Source: Candidatus Levyibacteriota bacterium
GTDB lineage: Bacteria > Patescibacteriota > Microgenomatia > Levybacterales > GWA1-39-11
Direction of reading: 5' to 3'
DNA length: 64,000 bases
Assembly (NCBI GenBank): GCA_018062815.1
Contig: JAGORM010000003.1
Coordinates: forward strand, 5,378-69,377
The notes beneath the pieces were generated by a model. The model did not search any database, was not told the DNA's origin, and worked only from the letters and a program-made list of their open reading frames with translations. Both the position numbers and the translations under genes were made by a program. Shown here in pieces: positions 1 to 8,562 of this stretch (position 1 is the stretch's first letter; each line of letters starts with the position of its first letter).

Positions 1-1043
1 ACCCCTAGCCCTTTATATTCCTCAGGGGTGACGCCTCGTTCAAAAAGTCCAAAAATATCTTTTTGCTTTTTCTTTGAGATCCCAATCCCGTGGTCCTCAA
101 TTAATAATTCAGCAACATCCCCCCTTTTTTTAACAGTCACTTCAATAGGCTTTTTTTCTCCGTATTTTATTGCATTTGAAACCAGATTTGTGGCAGCTTG
201 TTCAATTCTTATCTTATCCCAGAAACCAATTATAGGTTTTTGGGTTTTAAATATAACCTGATACCCTTCCCGTTCAAATCTGGTTTCAAAATCATTCAAA
301 ACTCCTTGTACTATTTCCTCCAAATCACAATTTTCCCGTTCTAAAACTAAATTTCCAGTAGTCATAATGGATATATTAAATAATTCAGAAATTATTTTAG
401 ACAAGCGCTTTGTTTGATGTTCAACACTTTCTAGCATTTTGAGTAAGCTTTCAATTGAGAAATGAGCTAAAGATACGTTTCTAATATTGTGAAGTGCTGT
501 CTGAGTTTGTAGCAGCATTGAGGTAAGTGGAGTTTTTAGCTCATGAGATGCAATAGATAGGAATTCATCCCTAAGCCTTATCTCTTTTTTCAGAGACTCA
601 TTTTTTAGTGTTAGTAGTTCTATTCTTTTTTTTGATTCTTTTTCTCGCTTTCTATATATTGCTATTCGCTCCTGGCGCTTCCCAAGATCTATTAGAATGC
701 TCAGTAGGGCTCCCCCTACTACTAAAAGAACTGACTCTGTGATTATTTTTAAGATATAAATAGAATTATTTATAGATTCTGAATTCAACGTAATAATGCC
801 CAAGCTAGAGGCGAAAAAAATAGAAGTAATAATGCCTATTTTATATCCACCTGTCCACGCTGATAATCCTATCGAAAAAAACGCAATTATTGCGACCATT
901 GTTGCATCAATTATTTGAGGAAATAATATATGAACGAGAATTAGAGTAAAAGGCACTATAACAGACAGTGCGTGACCTAAAATAATCCTCAAATTTCTTA
1001 TGGGAGATGCTTTTCTTTTAAACAGAATTTCAAACGATTTCAC
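1..1043 (-). CDS. sensor histidine kinase (partial; N-terminal membrane part and HisKA/HATPase_c in window, C-terminal end runs off window start)
   Basis: Reverse-strand translation gives TM segments, then H-box 'LSIASHELKTPLTSM', then N/G boxes 'LVSNAIKYGE...IEDHGIGISKK...GLFERG'. Putative GTG start at 1043 preceded by an in-frame TAG. Divergent from two response-regulator genes. Confidence 0.8.
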   Translation of the reverse strand, partial: MKSFEILFKRKASPIRNLRIILGHALSVIVPFTLILVHILFPQIIDATMVAIIAFFSIGLSAWTGGYKIGIITSIFFASSLGIITLNSESINNSIYILKIITESVLLVVGGALLSILIDLGKRQERIAIYRKREKESKKRIELLTLKNESLKKEIRLRDEFLSIASHELKTPLTSMLLQTQTALHNIRNVSLAHFSIESLLKMLESVEHQTKRLSKIISELFNISIMTTGNLVLERENCDLEEIVQGVLNDFETRFEREGYQVIFKTQKPIIGFWDKIRIEQAATNLVSNAIKYGEKKPIEVTVKKRGDVAELLIEDHGIGISKKKQKDIFGLFERGVTPEEYKGLG

Positions 1044-1154
1044 AAGAGTATTATACTCTACTCCTCACGTGTTTAAGCGTATCCAGCGGCATTCTTGCGT
1101 TTTTCTTGCATATTTATTACAGACCTTTAGTGAGGGTTAGATAGAATATAATTT

Positions 1155-1526
1155 ATGAAAAAAGAGATAGTCTCAAAAAAAATTTTTGTTGTTGATGACG
1201 ATGTGTTTATAGGAGATATATTAAAAATAATGCTTGAAAGCGAAAATTATAAAGTGTTTCCGTTCACGACAGGAAAATCTGCGTTACAATTTTTTTTTAA
1301 AAAACATCCAGACTTAGTAATATTAGATTACTTTATTATGGGAGAAGATTTTACACAAATAATGCAAGGATTTAAAAGAATTGGGGGTGAAAGCCTTCCA
1401 ATTATTTTAATGTCAGCAAATAAAGTTTCTATGGATATAGTTAAAAAAAATAAAATAAGTGAATTTATAGAAAAGCCATTTCAAAGAGATGTAATATTAG
1501 CAGTTGTCGCAAGAAATCTGAACTAA
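1155..1526 (+). CDS. single-domain response regulator (CheY-like receiver)
   Basis: 123 aa. Acidic pocket 'VVDDD', phospho-Asp context 'LVILDY', conserved Lys 'EKPF'. No output domain. Confidence 0.7.
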   Translation: MKKEIVSKKIFVVDDDVFIGDILKIMLESENYKVFPFTTGKSALQFFFKKHPDLVILDYFIMGEDFTQIMQGFKRIGGESLPIILMSANKVSMDIVKKNKISEFIEKPFQRDVILAVVARNLN

Positions 1527-1539
1527 GGTCTGCTATAAT

Positions 1540-2214
1540 TTGCACACAATGAACAAAATTTTAGTGGTTGAAGACGATGATGCCATACGCGACGGAATTT
1601 GTGATTTCTTGACTTCTAATAATTATCTTGTTGAATCAGTTTCTGATGGGGCATCAGCTATAGCATCTGTTAAAAGAAATCTTCCTGATTTAGTAATTTT
1701 AGACCTCACTCTCCCGAAAATTACAGGAGAGTCAGTATGTACGGAGTTAAAAAAAAGTAATCCTGAACTTCCTGTAATAATTCTTACAGCAAAGAATAAG
1801 TCCACAGATGTTCTGGGCGGTTTTTCTTTAGGCGCAGATGACTATATAAGTAAGCCCTTTGAGCTGGAGGAGCTTATGGTAAGAATTCGCGCTAGGATTA
1901 AAAAAAATTACGCAAGCGCCAACCTAGAAGCAGGAGATTTGGTTCTTGACCCAAAGTCATTGCTTGTAACACGGGGAGGAAAAGAAATTACTCTTACTCC
2001 TCATGAGTTTAAGTTGCTTGAATTTTTATTAATGAATAAGGGGAAGGTTTTGAATCGTGACATGATTTTAAGCAGGGTTTGGGAATACTCTTATGATGTA
2101 GACACCCGAGTTGTAGATGTATATGTGGGGTATTTGAGAAAGAAGATAGACTCTGGTTATACAAAAAAACTTATAATATCCAAGCGAGGATTTGGATATG
2201 TCATTCAAGATTAG
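1540..2214 (+). CDS. OmpR/PhoB-family response regulator (receiver plus winged-helix)
   Basis: 'ILVVEDDD', 'LVILDLTLP', C-terminal 'LTPHEFKLLEFLLMNKGKVLNRDMILSRVWEYSYDVDTRVVDVYVGYLRKKI', a typical trans_reg_C domain. Confidence 0.85.
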   Translation: MHTMNKILVVEDDDAIRDGICDFLTSNNYLVESVSDGASAIASVKRNLPDLVILDLTLPKITGESVCTELKKSNPELPVIILTAKNKSTDVLGGFSLGADDYISKPFELEELMVRIRARIKKNYASANLEAGDLVLDPKSLLVTRGGKEITLTPHEFKLLEFLLMNKGKVLNRDMILSRVWEYSYDVDTRVVDVYVGYLRKKIDSGYTKKLIISKRGFGYVIQD

Positions 2215-2392
2215 GGAATAACCTCTTACACGCTTCTTTCATACCTTTTATTTTCTTCTTAGAATTTGATCCTATACTATTCAAAGATGATTTTACTTTC
2301 AGACATTTTTAATTACACATTTATTAAATCATTTTGGGACGTTTTAATGTCAGAGTTGCCAGAAAAAAACAGGCTTAGGTAAAATATAAAAT

Positions 2393-2659
2393 ATGAGAAT
2401 TTCAATTTCAAACTCAACAGATGTAGCTCAAAAAGTTCAAGGCATTGACCAGAGGATGCAAGTGGATATTGTTCGTGTGCAGGAAAAAATGCGCCAAGAC
2501 ATACAAGCTATAAAAGAGGAAGCAGATGCAAGGATCGCAACAATTCAGGAGCAAGCAGAAAAAGATAAAAAATTTGAAGTAGACGCTGCATCTCAAGTTA
2601 TAAGAGATGAGTCTCAGGAGATGGTTCAGGAAATAGAAAACCTTGCTTATACTGGATAA
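2393..2659 (+). CDS. hypothetical charged coiled-coil protein
   Basis: 88-aa Q/E/K-rich ORF. Preceded by TTGCCA(2355)-18nt-TAAAAT(2379) promoter-like hexamers. No recognisable domain. Confidence 0.35.
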   Translation: MRISISNSTDVAQKVQGIDQRMQVDIVRVQEKMRQDIQAIKEEADARIATIQEQAEKDKKFEVDAASQVIRDESQEMVQEIENLAYTG

Positions 2660-2706
2660 ATATACTATGAATATTTTATAAATTTCAAAATTTAGATACA
2701 AACTTT

Positions 2707-3240
2707 ATGCAAGATATAGTACTAAAACCAATGAGTACGTCCCGATTGTTTCCTCAGAAAAATTCTATTTCTGATAAAACAGGATATCCACAAAAAACAG
2801 AAGAAGACCCAATTGTTCTTGTTGATAAATATTTTAAAAAACAGTTCCTTCCGGCATCACTTATTTCACCCGAACTGTTTAGGCTTAAAAGTGTATGGCC
2901 ATTTGAACTGCTTCCAGACGTGCTTATAATTGAGGAGAAGCGAATCGTTATCCATGAGAAAAGTTTCCCCTATTTTATAACTACTCTTACTGTTCCCTTA
3001 GATAGGATTTTTGTTTTTCAAATATCAAAATCCCTGTTTTATTCATCTATTTATATAAAAGCAGACTATGCAAGCAACGTGGAACACACTATTAATTGGG
3101 TAAAGCATGAAGATGCTAGGCGCGCAAAGGAAATTGTGGATGGACTGAAATTAAAACAGGCGGAAAGCGTGAAGGTTCCGGGGGCAAATTCTGATAAATA
3201 TATGCAGACACTGCAGGTTTTGGGGAACATATATTCATGA
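2707..3240 (+). CDS. hypothetical protein
   Basis: 177-aa ORF, no recognisable motif. Codon usage consistent with neighbours. Confidence 0.35.
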   Translation: MQDIVLKPMSTSRLFPQKNSISDKTGYPQKTEEDPIVLVDKYFKKQFLPASLISPELFRLKSVWPFELLPDVLIIEEKRIVIHEKSFPYFITTLTVPLDRIFVFQISKSLFYSSIYIKADYASNVEHTINWVKHEDARRAKEIVDGLKLKQAESVKVPGANSDKYMQTLQVLGNIYS

Positions 3241-3329
3241 GGATACTTATTTAAAGATTGGATTTTTAACTCCAAGGTCTGATTCACATATCCAAATTTA
3301 CTTGATTAGCAGTGAGTTTGCCAAATCTG

Positions 3330-3399
3330 TTGCGGGGCCGGGAATCGCACCCGGCCTAGAAGATTATGAGCCTTCTGTGCGGCTTTACACTACCCCGCG
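3330..3399 (-). tRNA. tRNA-Met(CAU)-like gene, atypical (70 nt, CCA not encoded)
   Basis: Hand-folded: acceptor CGCGGGG/CCCCGCA with C1xA72 mismatch, U8, 3-bp D stem GUG/CAC, anticodon stem GAAGG/UCUUC, loop CUCAUAA (anticodon CAU), T stem CCGGG/CCCGG, T-loop UGCGAUU (G at the T54-psi55 position). Sits upstream of bL25. Confidence 0.5.
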
Positions 3400-3484
3400 C
3401 GTGCCTTTATTATAGCTTCTTCAGAGCCTGATAGCAAGCGTAGATGTTTGCTTTTTGGTCTACTTCCTGTTAAAATCTTTTCTT

Positions 3485-4228
3485 ATGGCACAAAGAGAAA
3501 AGCTCAAGGCAGAGAAAAGAGAGATAACAGGAAAAAAGGTTAGGAAATTAAGACGAGAAGGTATTATCCCCGCAAATATTTACGGCGCAGATTTTGCATC
3601 TATGGCAGTGCAGCTTCCCACTAAAGAGTTTGACCAGGTTTTTGGCAAGGTTCGTGAGACAGGCTTGGTTGATCTTACTCTAGACGGGTCTGTAATTCCT
3701 GTTCTTATTAAAAACGTTCAGATAAATCCAGTTACTGAAATGACTCTTCACGCAGATTTTCACAAAGTTAACTTGAAAGAGAAGATTACCGCCAAAGTTC
3801 CAGTTGAGGCAATTGGTGAGGCAAAGGCTCAAGCGGATAAGGTCGGATTATTAGAGCAGCCTATGATGGAGCTTGAGGTTGAGGCATTACCTACTGATCT
3901 TCCGGAAAAGATTGAAGTAAACGTAGAAAAGCTTGCAGCGGTAGACGAGCAGATTTTAGCTTCAGATATTATAATCCCAACAGGAGTTACCCTTGTAACG
4001 GATGGTGCTCAGGTGGTATTTAAGATTGGTGAATTAATTACTAAGGAGATGGAAGAACAAATGGCGGCAGACGAAGCAGCAACAGAAGAAGCTGCAGCAG
4101 CTGAAGGTGAAGCAAAAGAAGAAGGTGCAAAAGAGGAATCTGAAGGTGAAGAAAAAGAAGGAGAAGACAAGAAAGAAGCTTCTTCAGACAATGCCGCAAG
4201 TGAGTCAAAAGATAAACCTCAAGAGTAG
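3485..4228 (+). CDS. rplY: 50S ribosomal protein bL25 (Ctc form) with long acidic/lysine-rich C-terminal tail
   Basis: 'MAQREKLKAEKREITGKKVRKLRREGIIPANIYG...' matches the L25/Ctc N-terminus. ATG at 3485 preferred over the TTG at 3455. Low-complexity E/A/K tail. Confidence 0.85.
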   Translation: MAQREKLKAEKREITGKKVRKLRREGIIPANIYGADFASMAVQLPTKEFDQVFGKVRETGLVDLTLDGSVIPVLIKNVQINPVTEMTLHADFHKVNLKEKITAKVPVEAIGEAKAQADKVGLLEQPMMELEVEALPTDLPEKIEVNVEKLAAVDEQILASDIIIPTGVTLVTDGAQVVFKIGELITKEMEEQMAADEAATEEAAAAEGEAKEEGAKEESEGEEKEGEDKKEASSDNAASESKDKPQE

Positions 4229-4231
4229 CTT

Positions 4232-4609
4232 CTATAGTCTTTGTAAAAGTTTTGTGCTAGGTTCAAAGTTTGGATTTAAACGTAGAGATTTTAATGCGTA
4301 ATCCCTTGATTTTTCTGTATCCCCTACCCACTTTGCATATACTGCAGCGTTGTAATACACCTCAGGGTAATCTTTATATTTTGTAAATTTTTTTTCCCAA
4401 AAAACTAAGTTTTGAAGCGCTTTTACTCGTTCAGTCTGAGCAGATTTATATACCAGAAACAAATACACCATGCATGATGATAAAAAAATTAAGAGCAACA
4501 CGGCAAAGCATAAAGCATATATTGAATATATTTTTTTGTTTAAATAGAAATAATTTTTTGTTGCGGTAATGATGCGGTAATTATGCGGTAATAACAGTTT
4601 TATTTTCAT
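4232..4609 (-). CDS. hypothetical membrane-anchored protein with TPR-like C-terminus
   Basis: 125 aa. One TM helix, then 'YYNAAVYAKWVGDTEKSRDYALKSLRLNPNFEP' resembling a TPR repeat. Confidence 0.4.
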   Translation of the reverse strand: MKIKLLLPHNYRIITATKNYFYLNKKIYSIYALCFAVLLLIFLSSCMVYLFLVYKSAQTERVKALQNLVFWEKKFTKYKDYPEVYYNAAVYAKWVGDTEKSRDYALKSLRLNPNFEPSTKLLQRL

Positions 4610-4699
4610 CTTCTTATTATCGCAAGGGGCACATTATATGTCAAAGCTTGACAATGTAAGAGTTTATATATATACTATGGGCGGAATTGAGCGTGTTTT

Positions 4700-4845
4700 T
4701 CTAAGTTAGAGCGTGTAGATCCCGCAAGCGGGATAACGAGGAGAAGGTCTTTTGTCACAATTGACAGAAGAGATCGGACCCCACTCACATAAAGTGAGGG
4801 GAGGATTTGCGGAAACCTTCAGGTTGTAATACCAACCTAAAGAAT
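4700..4845 (+). ncRNA. glmS ribozyme: candidate glmS ribozyme (GlcN6P-dependent self-cleaving RNA) in the glmS 5' leader
   Basis: GC-rich structured leader. ACGAGGAG (4735-4742), nested helices, hairpin CCCCACUCAC-AUAA-AGUGAGGGG followed by AGGAUUUG (4801-4808). Same element order as the Bacillus glmS ribozyme core as recalled. Directly upstream of glmS. Confidence 0.45.
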
Positions 4846-4955
4846 TTTTTTAACACTCTTCAGTAATGAGGAGAACAAAGAAAAATTCAAGTACCACTCG
4901 CCTCATTCCCCAGGGTATTTTATAAATTACCTTTGTTTTTCTCAATTATTTTTAT

Positions 4956-6722
4956 ATGTGTGGAATATTAGGTTACATTGGTCCAAGAAAGAATGCTGCA
5001 AATATAGTGCTTGACGGTTTAAAAACTCTTGAATATAGAGGATATGATTCGTGGGGTGTTGCTGTAAATGGAGGAGAAAAAATTGCTGTAGAAAAGCATA
5101 CCGGGAAGATAGGCGGTGCATCAACAACATTATCTGAAAGTTCTTTGGGAATTGGACATACTAGATGGGCAACGCACGGAGGGGTTACCATAGAGAATGC
5201 ACATCCTCATTTAGACTGTAATCATAGAATTGCTTTAGTTCACAACGGAATTGTTGAAAACTATAAAGAGTTAAAGGAAGGTTTAATAAAAAGAAAACAT
5301 ATCTTTGTTTCAGGAACTGATACAGAGGTAATAGTACACTTAGTTGAGGAGGAATTAAAAAAAGACGATAATCTTTCCAACGCAGTATTTTCAGTATTTA
5401 AAAAGCTTCATGGTCTTTCAGCTGTGGTTGTAATGGATCAGAAGACAAAAGCACTTGTTGTGGCAAAAAACGGATCACCACTGGTTATAGGAGTCGGAGA
5501 AGGTGAATATTTTGTGGCTTCTGACATGTCCGCTATTCTTCCACACACGAAAAATATGATTTTTCTTGAAGATCATATGCTTGCTACTCTTTCAGACTCT
5601 ATGGAAGTTTTATCATTAAAAACTGGCAAAAAAGAAAAACCAAAAGTGCAGGAAATCAATTGGCAGCAGGAAACAGCCCATCTTGGAGATTTTAAGCATT
5701 TTATGGTGAAGGAAATTGCAGAACAGCCAATTGTTATTGAGCATTTAGCAAACGAGTGTTTGCCTGAGATAAAAAAACTTTCTAATGTAGTAAAAAGCGC
5801 TCACGGAACATTCTTTATTGCGGCAGGAACAGCATACCACGCATGTCTATCCGGTATTTACCTTTTTTCAAGAGTTGCAAAAATTCATGTAAACTCTGCT
5901 ATTGCTTCAGAGTTTAACTATGTTGAAGATTTTTTGAAGAAAAAAAGTTTGGTTATGGCGTTTTCACAAAGCGGAGAAACAATAGATGTTGTAGAGCCAT
6001 TAACACGCGCACAGGAAAAAGGCGCAACGATTGCGGCTGTTGTTAACGTTATAGGCTCGACAATTTATAGAATGGCAGACTATAAAATGCTCTTAGGGGC
6101 AGGTCCTGAAAAAGCTGTTGCGTCAACAAAGGCATATATTGCAAAACTCACTACCCTTTTACTTTTAGCATATTCCTTGGAAAACAAAACACAAGAAATT
6201 CTTCCATATGTTCACATGGCAGCAAATGAAATTAGAGACATGTTGGAGAAGAAAAAACTGCAAAAGATAAAGCGTTTGGCTGAAACCCTTGCAGGCGCAC
6301 AAAGCATATTTATTATTGGGCGCGGTATGTCTTATCCGAGCGCGCTTGAAGCTGCCTTAAAAATAAAAGAAGTTACTTATATTCATACAGAAGGGCTAGC
6401 CGGGGGGGAGTTAAAACATGGGACAATAGCACTTATCCAGAAAGGAACTCCGTGTATAGTTTTTGCACCTCTGGATGAGACATATGATGCGATTATTTCA
6501 AACGCTATTGAGATAAGATCCCGCGGCGCGCGCATTATTGGTATAAGTCCTAAAAATTCGGAAGCATTTGATGATTTTATAGAAATTAAGGATTTGAAAG
6601 ACGCTACCATCCTTACGCAAATCGTTCCTGTTCAGCTATTATCCTATTATATTGCACTAGCAAAGGGGATAACTGATCCTGATAAACCTAGAAATTTGGC
6701 AAAATCCGTGACTGTTAAATAA
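4956..6722 (+). CDS. glmS: glutamine--fructose-6-phosphate aminotransferase (isomerising)
   Basis: N-terminal 'MCGILGY' with catalytic Cys2. Two SIS domains. C-terminal '...KSVTVK'. 588 aa. Confidence 0.95.
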   Translation: MCGILGYIGPRKNAANIVLDGLKTLEYRGYDSWGVAVNGGEKIAVEKHTGKIGGASTTLSESSLGIGHTRWATHGGVTIENAHPHLDCNHRIALVHNGIVENYKELKEGLIKRKHIFVSGTDTEVIVHLVEEELKKDDNLSNAVFSVFKKLHGLSAVVVMDQKTKALVVAKNGSPLVIGVGEGEYFVASDMSAILPHTKNMIFLEDHMLATLSDSMEVLSLKTGKKEKPKVQEINWQQETAHLGDFKHFMVKEIAEQPIVIEHLANECLPEIKKLSNVVKSAHGTFFIAAGTAYHACLSGIYLFSRVAKIHVNSAIASEFNYVEDFLKKKSLVMAFSQSGETIDVVEPLTRAQEKGATIAAVVNVIGSTIYRMADYKMLLGAGPEKAVASTKAYIAKLTTLLLLAYSLENKTQEILPYVHMAANEIRDMLEKKKLQKIKRLAETLAGAQSIFIIGRGMSYPSALEAALKIKEVTYIHTEGLAGGELKHGTIALIQKGTPCIVFAPLDETYDAIISNAIEIRSRGARIIGISPKNSEAFDDFIEIKDLKDATILTQIVPVQLLSYYIALAKGITDPDKPRNLAKSVTVK

Positions 6723-6726
6723 TCCT

Positions 6727-8562
6727 TTAGTCTACCCTCCAAATCTCAGCGTTTGCATTCTGGTATACCCTCTTTAACCCAAGATCTTGGGGCAAATACG
6801 GTAGTGATTCAATATAGTTTTCATATTTTGAAAGATAAACATATCTGATATTTTTTTCCTTCAGGATACTTTTCGCATTTATACTTGAGGTTGCAAGTAA
6901 AAAAGAAATATCTATCTGAACAGGCTTATTTGTAAACAGACTAATATAAGATTTCTTGCCAGCTGCTGCAGCAGGCTTATATTGACTCGTAAATGAACAT
7001 TTAATGCAGTCTTTATCAAAAACCAACACATTACCCATTTTTTGCTTTTTTAATACTTGTAGCGCATCGTACTCTGATTGGCTAATGTAAAACGACTGAG
7101 GAATTATTGATGGTAAACGAACTGAAAGGAATGGAAAGCGTCTTTTAATCGTAAATGGTAAGGTGATAGATGCTTCTTTGTAGACTATGCCCTTCAGGGG
7201 GATAGAATATTTTTTACCAAAAGTGAAAATTTTAGTAGGAAAGATTATAGAATCATCCTTGAAATGTACTATACCCTTCTCAAACACCATTGATTTATTT
7301 GTTGCATTAAGTAATTTACCAAAATTATAAGTTTCTTGAGTTTCTGGATCAATTTCAGTGTCTATTATGTATGGGAGAGTTATGGGTAGATTATTTTGCA
7401 TATTTTTTTCACTATAGAATGGTTCTTTAAAATTTGAGTAGTATTCTCTGAGATCAATTATTTGCAGTTTTTTAGTTTCAGGGTCGTATAGCAGGCCAAT
7501 TCTATAATATGGTGTTTGCATCCAGATAGATTTCTTGCCCGTCTTTTCTAGAAGATCCTGTGCGTAAACCAGATGATTTGGGGAAATGGAAGGATATGTT
7601 GTGCGATACCATTTTGAAAATTCTCCCATTGTAAGAGGTTTTGTATTGTTTGTCTGCATAAATTCTTTTACCAAATCTAGCTGTGTTGCAAAATTTGTTT
7701 TGTATATTAAAGGATCTAAATCCCCTTCAAGCCCTACAGTTATATGCCCGAATGAATTTTCATATTTAGAGAGCGCAAATGTAGAAAGTAGTTTTTCAAA
7801 GTATGAGGAGCTTATGTTCAGTGTTGAGTAGTCTTGTACGCTATACATGCTTGCAGCATTACTGCTTGGGCTGTGATAACCGTAGATGGGATCGCGCGCC
7901 GCCCATCGTAGTGAGACTATGTCCAATTTTTCGTTTATTTTTTGTGCTGGAATAGCCGCATGTATTCTACTTGGATAGTACGGTACTGACCACCAAGTTC
8001 CCCATACTGTGTAATGATCAAGATCATACTGGTCTGAAACGCCCAGCACGCTTATAATGCCGTATTTTTTCTTCATATACTCAAGTGAATACGAATCAAC
8101 CCACCATGCCCCAACAGATACGGGATAGTAACCAAAGTTTTCCTTAAATGTATGAAAAACAGTGTCTATTAGCTTCTTGCGGTCATTTTGTGAGTATCCT
8201 GATAGAAACAGGGATGTCGCATAATGCCATGATGAGGTGGTGTTGTAGGTTACGTTTGCCTTTTTTGAAAGTTCTGGTGTTACTTCCAGAAATATGCCCA
8301 ACTCCTGGTCGCGGTTTAAGGTTTTTAGTTCTTTTACGAAATCATTTTTGGTAAGTACATTATATGTTACAAGCCAAGTGGCGGGTAGATTTCTGGATTC
8401 TATTTCATGCCTCTCTGCCTGAAAACTTTCAATATAGTTTTTGGTGTAAGAGGAAATTCTTTGAGGGTTAACAATAGTGATATAAGAATTCTCATTCGCA
8501 AAAACTTGTGATGGAAAAAGGAGAAAAACAATAAAGAAAAGAAAAGTAAATAATTTATGCAT
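6727..8562 (-). CDS. secreted hypothetical protein, Trp-rich, possibly carbohydrate-active
   Basis: Signal peptide 'MHKLFTFLFFIVFLLFPSQVFA'. Conserved-looking block 'GAWWVDSYSLEYMKKKYGIISVLGVSDQYDLDHYTVWGTWWSVPYYP'. Start at ATG 8562 preferred to limit overlap with valS. Confidence 0.5.
   Translation of the reverse strand: MHKLFTFLFFIVFLLFPSQVFANENSYITIVNPQRISSYTKNYIESFQAERHEIESRNLPATWLVTYNVLTKNDFVKELKTLNRDQELGIFLEVTPELSKKANVTYNTTSSWHYATSLFLSGYSQNDRKKLIDTVFHTFKENFGYYPVSVGAWWVDSYSLEYMKKKYGIISVLGVSDQYDLDHYTVWGTWWSVPYYPSRIHAAIPAQKINEKLDIVSLRWAARDPIYGYHSPSSNAASMYSVQDYSTLNISSSYFEKLLSTFALSKYENSFGHITVGLEGDLDPLIYKTNFATQLDLVKEFMQTNNTKPLTMGEFSKWYRTTYPSISPNHLVYAQDLLEKTGKKSIWMQTPYYRIGLLYDPETKKLQIIDLREYYSNFKEPFYSEKNMQNNLPITLPYIIDTEIDPETQETYNFGKLLNATNKSMVFEKGIVHFKDDSIIFPTKIFTFGKKYSIPLKGIVYKEASITLPFTIKRRFPFLSVRLPSIIPQSFYISQSEYDALQVLKKQKMGNVLVFDKDCIKCSFTSQYKPAAAAGKKSYISLFTNKPVQIDISFLLATSSINAKSILKEKNIRYVYLSKYENYIESLPYLPQDLGLKRVYQNANAEIWRVD

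Noticed and set aside
28-261. 77-aa plus-strand ORF at window start
   Set aside because: Antisense to the histidine-kinase HATPase region. Shadow ORF.
4107-4301. Lys-rich 64-aa ORF overlapping the bL25 tail
   Set aside because: Alternative frame of the GAA/AAG-rich acidic tail coding region. Frame artifact.
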